64,000 nt of DNA. Source: an uncultured virus (IMG/VR IMGVR_UViG_3300025789_000001) (Duplodnaviria > Heunggongvirae > Uroviricota > Caudoviricetes). The notes beneath the pieces are model-generated. The model saw nothing but the letters and a program-made list of their open reading frames with translations. It did no database searches and was not told the DNA's origin. How positions within the stretch are numbered: the stretch's first letter is position 1; every line of letters starts with the position of its first letter. A program made the position numbers and the translations under genes. Shown in pieces: positions 39,739 through 46,590 of the stretch. The stretch lies in the IMG/VR virus record IMGVR_UViG_3300025789_000001. One strand, given 5' to 3'.

Positions 39739-39908
39739 TCTATCTCCTGATTGTCAAAAGCCCCATGATCCCCTTGCACTATTGCCAATGCTTCTGCAAT
39801 ATTGCCGATAGCTTCATCCAAATCAACCAGTGGATATTCGTCTTGCATCTCATCATTTAAAAACTTGTAAGTGTCTACAAGCAATTTTTCTACTCTTGCA
39901 ATATTCAT
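39735..39908 (-). CDS. Hypothetical early protein, 57 aa (not in ORF track)
   Basis: MNIARVEKLLVDTYKFL...; overlaps neighbours at both ends. Confidence 0.5.
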   Translation of the reverse strand: MNIARVEKLLVDTYKFLNDEMQDEYPLVDLDEAIGNIAEALAIVQGDHGAFDNQEID

Positions 39909-40090
39909 TCGATTTCCTCATCGTCATCAGTTTGTTCAACATCGTAAACAACATGGTCATATTCACCGACACAGTGAAAGTCGCACTCAGGTATGGCTTT
40001 ACCCTTTTCCCAAGCATCGGCTTCACTGTCGGCTTCTATCACCTTCTCATACATCACATTGGTCTTTGCCCTGATAATCCATTTAGGCAT
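39905..40090 (-). CDS. Hypothetical early protein
   Basis: MPKWIIRAK...IEADSEADAWEK; SD GGAGGAG. Confidence 0.55.
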   Translation of the reverse strand: MPKWIIRAKTNVMYEKVIEADSEADAWEKGKAIPECDFHCVGEYDHVVYDVEQTDDDEEIE

Positions 40091-40283
40091 GACTAAACTC
40101 CTCCAATGTAAGTGGCTCAACTTCAACAAACTCATCACCACTGTCCAAAATATCTTTCGATATATGGCTCTCTATCTTTTTTGCATATGCTTCTGCTTTT
40201 GATTCAGAATCAAATGCTATAAGGTTTGTATAGCCGTTATATGCACCATACGATTTCACGATATATATTGTTTTCATTGTCAA
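40083..40283 (-). CDS. Hypothetical early protein
   Basis: IYIVK...AFDSESKAEAY motif. Confidence 0.55.
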   Translation of the reverse strand: MTMKTIYIVKSYGAYNGYTNLIAFDSESKAEAYAKKIESHISKDILDSGDEFVEVEPLTLEEFSHA

Positions 40284-40287
40284 ATCC

Positions 40288-40734
40288 TTACCAGCTTGAC
40301 TGGTAGTAAAAGTCCCAGTTAACGGCAGACGGGTTTGTCAAAATCTCCGACAATCTGTCCCTAGTCTCAGTAATGCTCTGCCAGTAGTATTCATCCTTTT
40401 CAGTGCTGCCGAAAAAAAATCCCGATACTGGCTTAAGAATATCTTCATCACGATTTACCAATGCTTCGTTGCATAGTGCAACCAGCTCGTCCAACTGGGC
40501 AGAATCGACCCAGTATTCCCCGCAGTCATCAAGTCCCTCCTGAACATTATCGACAAACCAATTATGGATAGCGTTGCACTTTCTCCAATACATCACATCA
40601 AAGGATACCGACTTGGCATCGTAGGCCGTAACCCCCAACACCTTCGCCACATCCTTGCGTAAATGTTGCTCTTCTTCTTTGTGATTCCACAAATATTGCT
40701 TTGCGGTCAAATACATATCTAAACCCATGATCAC
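40288..40734 (-). CDS. Conserved phage early protein
   Basis: MGLDMYL...YWRKCNAIHNWFV...GFFFG...YYQSSW. Confidence 0.75.
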   Translation of the reverse strand: MIMGLDMYLTAKQYLWNHKEEEQHLRKDVAKVLGVTAYDAKSVSFDVMYWRKCNAIHNWFVDNVQEGLDDCGEYWVDSAQLDELVALCNEALVNRDEDILKPVSGFFFGSTEKDEYYWQSITETRDRLSEILTNPSAVNWDFYYQSSW

Positions 40735-40910
40735 TCCTCCTCAGTCATGTAAAACTGCCCAACACGATTACCATTGGTATCCCTGATAGTCCCCGATTTT
40801 TGCTGAGAATCAATCATATTTGAGACCAGCTCTAAATTGGCAACCAATTCGTCATACAGTGATTCTTCATACACTGCGTTATCAGTGCGTATTTCCAGTT
40901 TGAACATCAT
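40731..40910 (-). CDS. Hypothetical early protein, 59 aa, immediately downstream of hammerhead 1 (not in ORF track)
   Basis: MMFKLEIRTDNAVYEE...IRDTNGNRVG; SD AGGAG. Confidence 0.7.
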   Translation of the reverse strand: MMFKLEIRTDNAVYEESLYDELVANLELVSNMIDSQQKSGTIRDTNGNRVGQFYMTEEE

Positions 40911-40917
40911 TTCAATC

Positions 40918-40926
40918 TCCTAGCAG
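40918..40926 (-). promoter_or_regulatory. CTGCTAGGA box overlapping SD
   Basis: TTAACTGCTAGGAGA, 7 nt before ATG 40910. Confidence 0.75.
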
Positions 40927-40929
40927 TTA

Positions 40930-40980
40930 ATCAAAGACTGGATCACTCCAGTTTCGTCCTTACAGACTCATCAGTTTGAT
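40930..40980 (-). ncRNA. Type I hammerhead ribozyme (HH1)
   Basis: AUCAAA CUGAUGA GUCU-GUAA-GGAC GAAA CUGGA-GUGA-UCCAG UC^UUUGAU; full core, three stems; cut between 40936 and 40935. Confidence 0.93.
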
Positions 40981-41333
40981 AGGCACTTCTCACGCCATTT
41001 ACGGGCATTGTCATTCAATGCTGGGTAAAGCTCATCCAGCTTATGTATCAGCTTCTTTGGTGCGTTGAAGTAGTAAGGCATCATATCTTCTGTCATTTCT
41101 TTCATGACCCATTCTTTTGCAGAACACTCAAGCAATATGACCATGCCAAACCCAGTCTTAGTGCCATCGGCTTTAACGACATTCAGAATGCCGTATGCTT
41201 CCCGTCCCTTGATGCTGATATCAGTCAACTCAAAAGACGGGTTAGTGCCAATTTCACCAACTTGTTTAAATTCGTCTGCCAACCAGCGTTTTTTATCGCC
41301 ATGATAAGGCGGAGTCATTCCAGTCCATCCCAT
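40971..41333 (-). CDS. Hypothetical early protein (DUF6927-like)
   Basis: MGWT...KEMTEDMMPYYFNAP...A.KWREKC; its stop codon lies in the hammerhead core. Confidence 0.65.
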   Translation of the reverse strand: MGWTGMTPPYHGDKKRWLADEFKQVGEIGTNPSFELTDISIKGREAYGILNVVKADGTKTGFGMVILLECSAKEWVMKEMTEDMMPYYFNAPKKLIHKLDELYPALNDNARKWREKCLSN

Positions 41334-41557
41334 GTTATTGCTCCTCAGTAATGTTAAACAATGCTCTCATATGATTCTCAAGGTAATGTAATTTACTTAT
41401 CTGTTCGTCAATAAAATCACGCATATTGTCAAACTCCTGAAAACCAGCTACTGGCATCCCTTTCAAATAATTGGTTTTCCCTAAGTCCATTAGATCAAAA
41501 TACATTTCTTGAACAGTCGTATATAGGTTTGATTCAACTCCCATGTTATTGCTCCTC
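41328..41557 (-). repeat. 19-nt direct repeat flanking one small gene
   Basis: TCCCATGTTATTGCTCCTC at 41328-41346 and 41539-41557. Confidence 0.85.
41335..41544 (-). CDS. Hypothetical early protein
   Basis: SD GAGGAG; MGVESNLYTT...EEQ. Confidence 0.6.
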   Translation of the reverse strand: MGVESNLYTTVQEMYFDLMDLGKTNYLKGMPVAGFQEFDNMRDFIDEQISKLHYLENHMRALFNITEEQ

Positions 41558-41713
41558 GATTGATTCATCTACATCAGATTGTGAATAGCCCGACAAAATC
41601 TCAGGCCGATATTTGCTCAAGACTGCATCCACGCATTTATCGCAGACCCTTGCCAACGGGATACCTTGAGCATCGTATTCCCACCAGCTATCACCACTAT
41701 GTTCACAGATCAT
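41546..41713 (-). CDS. Small Cys/His-containing early protein
   Basis: MICEH...WWEYDAQGIPLARVCDKC. Confidence 0.6.
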   Translation of the reverse strand: MICEHSGDSWWEYDAQGIPLARVCDKCVDAVLSKYRPEILSGYSQSDVDESIEEQ

Positions 41714-41847
41714 ATGACTCTCCCCCATTTGAGAATTGCAGAAACTACTAACCATATGGCATAAAAGCCCGCCAATATCAGTCCGAAGGACAACAGCTCA
41801 GACCATACAACAGTCATCAACTGATACAGCTCTTTCAAAGTATCCAT
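41710..41847 (-). CDS. Small membrane protein, 45 aa (not in ORF track)
   Basis: MDTLKELYQLMTVVWSELLSFGLILAGFYAIWLVVSAILKWGRVI; SD GAGGAG. Confidence 0.55.
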   Translation of the reverse strand: MDTLKELYQLMTVVWSELLSFGLILAGFYAIWLVVSAILKWGRVI

Positions 41848-42221
41848 TATTCAAACTCCTCAGAATTAACATAAACCCCATTCTTACGAAGTAGGGCAAT
41901 CGCATGGTCATTCAATGACATGACCCCATCATATTCGACCAGACTCCGTTTGCCATCCCGATCAATGGAAAACCACAGACCAATATGCTCAAACAAGTCC
42001 AGCTCAGGAATATCCCATTCAATGAACCCAGTGCAGTCTTTGTGGTAGTAGAGCTCTAAGGTAGACTCATGAGTCCCCAAATCTCTCTGCCCCCAGCTCC
42101 CCTCCAGCATCAGAGGAGAGCTCACTGTCATGCTATCAATGAGCTCTGCCACGATCAATACTCCGAAGTCAACATAAAGACATTGTCGGCCAAGAAGAAG
42201 GTATAAATGCCCGAAGGGCAA
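41847..42221 (-). CDS. Hypothetical early protein (true start probably near 42152)
   Basis: IEWDIP...HIGLWF...L.EYDGVMSL. Confidence 0.6.
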   Translation of the reverse strand: MPFGHLYLLLGRQCLYVDFGVLIVAELIDSMTVSSPLMLEGSWGQRDLGTHESTLELYYHKDCTGFIEWDIPELDLFEHIGLWFSIDRDGKRSLVEYDGVMSLNDHAIALLRKNGVYVNSEEFE

Positions 42222-42514
42222 TCAGTCATAGCGATCTTCTTAATCTTCAAAGTATTCAAATCCCCATCATCAAAAGCAATAACGGCTTTACCATCAGCAA
42301 CTTCCATGTTGATAGACATAAAGGGATTCTTCTTATGGAGCTCATAGCCCTCAGTAGCCACGATATCCAAGAACCAGTAAGCCCCAGCAGTATCAGCAAA
42401 GTATTGAACCCCATCGGTATGAACCAGCTTCGGTGCAAACATAGGCTGAGTCCTCCAATACTGGGTAGTGCCAAAGAACTGGGTTAAATCGATTGTGTTG
42501 GTTTGTGTTTCCAA
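42155..42514 (-). CDS. DUF6876-like early protein
   Basis: LTQF.GT..YW...TDGVQYFA..AGAYWFLD...DDGD...TD.P...MLTSEY. Confidence 0.7.
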   Translation of the reverse strand: METQTNTIDLTQFFGTTQYWRTQPMFAPKLVHTDGVQYFADTAGAYWFLDIVATEGYELHKKNPFMSINMEVADGKAVIAFDDGDLNTLKIKKIAMTDCPSGIYTFFLADNVFMLTSEY

Positions 42515-42522
42515 TTTATTTC

Positions 42523-42531
42523 TCCTAGCAG
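42523..42531 (-). promoter_or_regulatory. CTGCTAGGA box overlapping SD
   Basis: TTAACTGCTAGGAGA, 8 nt before TTG 42514. Confidence 0.75.
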
Positions 42532-42543
42532 TTAATGATTACC

Positions 42544-42589
42544 GAATGGCAATCCCGATACCCCGAAGGGCATCAGGATTACAGCACTC
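42544..42589 (-). other. Long intergenic RNA hairpin (possible processing site)
   Basis: GAGUG-CU-GUAAUCCUGAUGCCC-UUCG-GGGUAUCGGGAUUGC-CAUUC: 20 bp with G-U pairs and a C(UUCG)G loop. Confidence 0.7.
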
Positions 42590-42719
42590 AAGACCGATTC
42601 AAGAACTCAGCTACCTTCAAGGCTTCGTCCATATACGCAAACAGTGCCATGATCTCTCCATTCTCATCCTCAATAGCGTATGGGAACTTAGGATCACTAC
42701 AGGCAATTACTCCAAACAT
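42588..42719 (-). CDS. Hypothetical early protein, 43 aa (not in ORF track)
   Basis: SD AAGGAG; MFGVIACSDPKFPYAIEDENGE...AEFLNRS. Confidence 0.6.
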   Translation of the reverse strand: MFGVIACSDPKFPYAIEDENGEIMALFAYMDEALKVAEFLNRS

Positions 42720-42730
42720 AATCAATCTCC

Positions 42731-42925
42731 TTAGAAAGTAAAACCAGTAAAAACAACACGATTACCCCTGATGAACTTCCCATGATTCATATCGTCAAAC
42801 TTATGAACCCAGTATTGACGGGAAGAACGGCAGTAGTAGTCGCAGACCCAAACAGGGGAAGTCTCAGTGCCTTTTAGCTTAAAGAACTCTCCCTTAGCTA
42901 TCTTCTTGAGTAGTGATGGTTGCAT
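42731..42925 (-). CDS. Hypothetical early protein, downstream of hammerhead 2
   Basis: LKK..KGEFFKL...VWV..YY.RS..Y...FDD.N...VFTGFTF. Confidence 0.7.
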   Translation of the reverse strand: MQPSLLKKIAKGEFFKLKGTETSPVWVCDYYCRSSRQYWVHKFDDMNHGKFIRGNRVVFTGFTF

Positions 42926-42932
42926 CGTTATC

Positions 42933-42941
42933 TCCTAGCAG
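42933..42941 (-). promoter_or_regulatory. CTGCTAGGA box overlapping SD
   Basis: CACTGCTAGGAGA, 7 nt before ATG 42925. Confidence 0.75.
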
Positions 42942-42945
42942 TGTT

Positions 42946-42993
42946 GTCAAAGACCCCGAAGGGTTTCGCCTATTGAAGGCTCATCAGTTTGAC
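42946..42993 (-). ncRNA. Type I hammerhead ribozyme (HH2)
   Basis: GUCAAA CUGAUGA GCCU-UCAAU-AGGC GAAA CCC-UUCG-GGG UC^UUUGAC; cut between 42952 and 42951. Confidence 0.93.
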
Positions 42994-42997
42994 TGGG

Positions 42998-43246
42998 TTA
43001 GAACTGGCAGTTATCAGACATCTCCTGACGAAGATCAATCCATTCCTGAATGGCTTTAAGCGTCTTAGCCATATCGAACTGGGATTCTGATAGATACTCA
43101 AGAATATCCCCATCCGACCATGCTTCTACTATCGCATCCCAACCTTCGTTGTATAAAGCTCCAGCGTATGCTCTTACAACTTGAATCATCTTCTCCTCAT
43201 CTATCTGCTTATCCCATATGGCGATTGTGTCTTGTAGTGTCTGCAT
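42998..43246 (-). CDS. First gene of the early operon, acidic hypothetical protein
   Basis: VRAYA...Y..GWD.IVEAWSD..I; SD AGGAG within the variant box CTACTAGGA. Confidence 0.65.
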   Translation of the reverse strand: MQTLQDTIAIWDKQIDEEKMIQVVRAYAGALYNEGWDAIVEAWSDGDILEYLSESQFDMAKTLKAIQEWIDLRQEMSDNCQF

Positions 43247-43298
43247 ATCTGCTCCTAGTAGGTGGTTTAAAAATCATTCATCTAGTGAATGAGATTAA

Positions 43299-43326
43299 AT
43301 GATAATCCAAAACACTTGACTTGCAA
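43299..43326 (-). promoter_or_regulatory. Sigma70-like promoter of the leftward early operon
   Basis: TTGCAA-16 nt-TATCAT on the minus strand; leader hairpin TCATTCA/TGAATGA. Confidence 0.6.
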
Positions 43327-43614
43327 CACTTTCTGCAAAATATTTTTAGACCCTTGCTGGATAAGGCTCTCAGGGCAGACCGCCCAGGTGATAATTGCCT
43401 TACTTGTGATGCAGTGTCCGTAAAAAAGGGAAGCAGAGCTCTGTAGCCCGCATGAGTGCCGCTAAAAGCCCGCCATAGCCGAAGGCGAACAGTGTTGATA
43501 CGGAAGAAGCAGTAAGAGATATAAGAGAGTATGTATATGCCCGTCCCCAACCATGAGATAGATAGTCTATACTTAGGGGTATTGATATACCTATGGAATA
43601 CTTAAAGCAGACCC

Positions 43615-44487
43615 ATGAAGAAGCTCACCCGTAAAGAGATCAAGGAAGGATTGAACACAGTCCCGATTGATACGATCATTCTTGGCTCTAGGAGCAAACA
43701 AACCCAGCTTACGAAGAAGGAGAAGGAGTTTGCTGAGCAACTGGTGAAGACGGGGAACAAGACTGAGGCTTATCGTAGGGCATATGATACGAAGGGTAAA
43801 GCGACTACTGCCCATCGGGATGCCCTCAAGGTGGCCAGTCGTCCCAATGTGAGCACCTACATACAGGCACTGGAAGCACAGAAAGAGGTGGAGGAATATC
43901 TTTTACCCACTCGTTTAAGGGCTCTCGCTATCCATAAGCTCTCTAGCATGGCATTAAATGATGACCTAAAGCCCACTGAGCAACTCAGGGCTCTTGAGCT
44001 GGTGGGGAAGATGACTGAGGTGGCACTGTTCACTGAGAGACGGGAGCTGGTGCATAGCGTTGACTCTGCCAGTTTGAAGGCCAAGCTCATGGATGCCGTC
44101 CAGCTTGCCATCGCTAATTCCAAATCCCTGAGAACTCAGACCAAGAGAACGGCTGAGGATCTACTCAGAGAGATACAGGATGTAGAAGCCCATGAGATAA
44201 CAGAGGTGAAGGATCAACCCAGCGATCAATCAGAACCATTGCAACTGGAATCCATCTCTGCGGATGGGGATACGGCCAGTGAAACGGCAAAAGTCGACCC
44301 CCCACCAAGTGCCACCACCCATTTTTTGGCCGAGTCCGTGGCGGGACATTTGCATAGTATTCCACACAATCAATCCCAACAGATAGGGGAGGGGGTATCA
44401 AATCCCCAGTGGGTAGAAGTGGGCACTGACTTACAAATGACCCCCATAGGTAAATCTATACAAAATGACGGGGGGGATATTTCTTGA
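43615..44487 (+). CDS. terS: Terminase small subunit (HTH) with long disordered C-terminus
   Basis: LT.KEKEFA.......N.TEAYRRAY; RALELVGK...ALFTER; upstream of TerL. Confidence 0.7.
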   Translation: MKKLTRKEIKEGLNTVPIDTIILGSRSKQTQLTKKEKEFAEQLVKTGNKTEAYRRAYDTKGKATTAHRDALKVASRPNVSTYIQALEAQKEVEEYLLPTRLRALAIHKLSSMALNDDLKPTEQLRALELVGKMTEVALFTERRELVHSVDSASLKAKLMDAVQLAIANSKSLRTQTKRTAEDLLREIQDVEAHEITEVKDQPSDQSEPLQLESISADGDTASETAKVDPPPSATTHFLAESVAGHLHSIPHNQSQQIGEGVSNPQWVEVGTDLQMTPIGKSIQNDGGDIS

Positions 44488-44644
44488 AAAAAACAATGTT
44501 AGCAAGTATTCACATACAAATCGAGGAAACAGGCGAAGTGACCATGCACACCAGTGGCGAAGACCTTGCCTTAGAGTTGGCTAATGAGATGGTCAACATG
44601 GCAATCAACGGTGGCATAGACGGGTTTATAGGTGAGGAGATTCA

Positions 44645-44875
44645 ATGTTTGCAATAGAAGACTACCCAGAGTTAGTGCAGGCTGACGGCTTAGAAGAAGC
44701 CATAGTCGGTGTAATCAACCGTTTAGGAACCCAGGCTTTATGCTATGACCTTGACAAGGTTATTAACATCCTCATGCGGGATATGAGCAAAGAAGAAGCT
44801 TGGGAGTATTTTTACTACAACATCGAAGGTTGCTATGTGGGTGAGAACACCCCTGTATATTTGACCTATCTATGA
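44645..44875 (+). CDS. Conserved hypothetical phage protein
   Basis: ADGLEEAIVG...YD..KVI..L...MS.EEA.EYF.YNIEG.YVGE.TP. Confidence 0.7.
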   Translation: MFAIEDYPELVQADGLEEAIVGVINRLGTQALCYDLDKVINILMRDMSKEEAWEYFYYNIEGCYVGENTPVYLTYL

Positions 44876-45099
44876 CACCTGTACAAAAAGAAATCTATCT
44901 AGTAATCGAAGAATGGTGGGCTAAATATGGCTTTGGACCAACTATAGACGATATTATGCACATCACTGGCGATAGGGGGCGGGGAAATGTAGCCCGCAAG
45001 ATGAGGACCTTAATTGAGCTAGGGATATGTAAAGGCGATACTAAAAGAACCAGATCTATTCGTCCCGCTTACTTGAAGTTGAGAAATATCAATGGATGA
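44872..45099 (+). CDS. LexA-N-like winged-helix DNA-binding protein
   Basis: MTP.QKEIY..I......YGFGPT..DI....G...RSIR. Confidence 0.7.
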   Translation: MTPVQKEIYLVIEEWWAKYGFGPTIDDIMHITGDRGRGNVARKMRTLIELGICKGDTKRTRSIRPAYLKLRNING

Positions 45100-46582
45100 T
45101 CTCTTAGAGATTATTAAGCTGCTTCCAGAGGATGAGCAGGCTCCACTGCTGCCGCTGGCTGCGGCTTATCAGGAGTCTTTAACCAGGGAATCAGGGCAAA
45201 TTGACTTTATGTCATTTGTCAAAACCATGTGGCCAAACTTTATTCATGGCCAACATCACGCATTAATGGCACAAAAATTCGAGGAGATAGCCAGTGGGAA
45301 AATCAAGCGACTTATCATTAATATGCCTCCTCGTCATACTAAGTCTGAGTTTGCTTCTTATTTGCTTCCTGCCTGGTTCTTAGGCAAATTCCCACAAAAG
45401 AAAATTATCCAATGTTCTAATACAGCGGAGCTTGCGGTTGGCTTTGGACGTAAAGTCCGTAACTTAGTCGATGGAGAAAACTATGCCAAAGTATTCCCTA
45501 ATGTATCTCTTAGATCGGATAGTAAAGCTGCTGGGCGTTGGAGTACTAATGCTAACGGGGAGTATTTTGCTATTGGTGTTGGCGGTACTGTTACTGGTAA
45601 AGGTGCTGATCTGCTCATTATTGATGACCCTCATTCCGAGCAAGAAGCTGCATTGGCAGCAGGGGATCCTAGCGTTTTTGATAAGGTGTACGAGTGGTAC
45701 ACTTCAGGTCCTCGCCAGCGTTTGCAGCCTGGAGGATCTATTGTAGTAGTGATGACCCGCTGGTCTAAGCGGGATTTGACGGGCAAAATTTGCCAAGCCA
45801 TGATAGATCGGGATGGGGACGAATGGGAGATCATTAGCCTTCCAGCCATCAAAAGAAACGAAAAACCACTCTGGCCTGAGTTTTGGTCTTATGACGAACT
45901 TTGTAAACTTCGCATAGAATTACCCCTAAGCAAATGGCAAGCCCAGTATCAACAAGACCCTACCAGTGAAGAAGGTGCGCTGGTCAAACGAGAATGGTGG
46001 CGGGTCTGGGAGGAAGAAAGACCGCCAGCCTGTGATTATTTAATTCAATCTTGGGATACGGCTTTTACCAAATCAGAACGGGCTGACTATTCAGCCTGCA
46101 CAACCTGGGGAGTGTTTTACCTCAATGAAGATAAACAGGATGCTAATATCATTCTATTGGATGCGTTTAAAGAGCGTATGGAGTTCCCAACGCTTAAAGA
46201 ACGAGCATATGAAATGTATAAGGACTGGCAGCCAGATTCGTTTATTGTCGAAGCTAAAGCTTCAGGTGCACCCCTTATTTTTGAATTGCGCAGGATGGGC
46301 ATTCCCGTGCAAGAGTTTACACCTACTCGTGGAAACGATAAAATATCTAGGGTTAATAGCGTATCAGACCTTTTTGCTTCTGGCAAAATCTGGGCACCCA
46401 GAAAACGATGGGCTGAAGAGGTCATCGAAGAATTAGCTGCGTTTCCCAATTCAGACCATGATGACTTGGTAGACTCAACCACACAAGCACTACTTCGTTT
46501 TAGGCGAGGTGGATTTATCACATTACAATCAGATGAACCAGACGAGCCACAAGAGTTTAGGCGCAAAAAAGGTTATTACTAA
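45092..46582 (+). CDS. terL: Terminase large subunit
   Basis: MPPRHTKS, LLIIDDP, VMTRW, QSWDTA, HDDLVDS. Confidence 0.95.
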   Translation: MDDLLEIIKLLPEDEQAPLLPLAAAYQESLTRESGQIDFMSFVKTMWPNFIHGQHHALMAQKFEEIASGKIKRLIINMPPRHTKSEFASYLLPAWFLGKFPQKKIIQCSNTAELAVGFGRKVRNLVDGENYAKVFPNVSLRSDSKAAGRWSTNANGEYFAIGVGGTVTGKGADLLIIDDPHSEQEAALAAGDPSVFDKVYEWYTSGPRQRLQPGGSIVVVMTRWSKRDLTGKICQAMIDRDGDEWEIISLPAIKRNEKPLWPEFWSYDELCKLRIELPLSKWQAQYQQDPTSEEGALVKREWWRVWEEERPPACDYLIQSWDTAFTKSERADYSACTTWGVFYLNEDKQDANIILLDAFKERMEFPTLKERAYEMYKDWQPDSFIVEAKASGAPLIFELRRMGIPVQEFTPTRGNDKISRVNSVSDLFASGKIWAPRKRWAEEVIEELAAFPNSDHDDLVDSTTQALLRFRRGGFITLQSDEPDEPQEFRRKKGYY

Positions 46583-46590
46583 GGATCCAT

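Noticed and set aside
39900..39935. Third hammerhead-like string on the minus strand (CAAACTGATGACGATGAGGAAATCG)
   Set aside because: Has CUGAUGA and GAAA but no viable stem II, stem III or stem I partner; explained by codons for QTDDDEEIE
43278..43550. 90-aa minus-strand ORF upstream of the early operon
   Set aside because: Overlaps the predicted promoter, with atypical composition and no convincing SD
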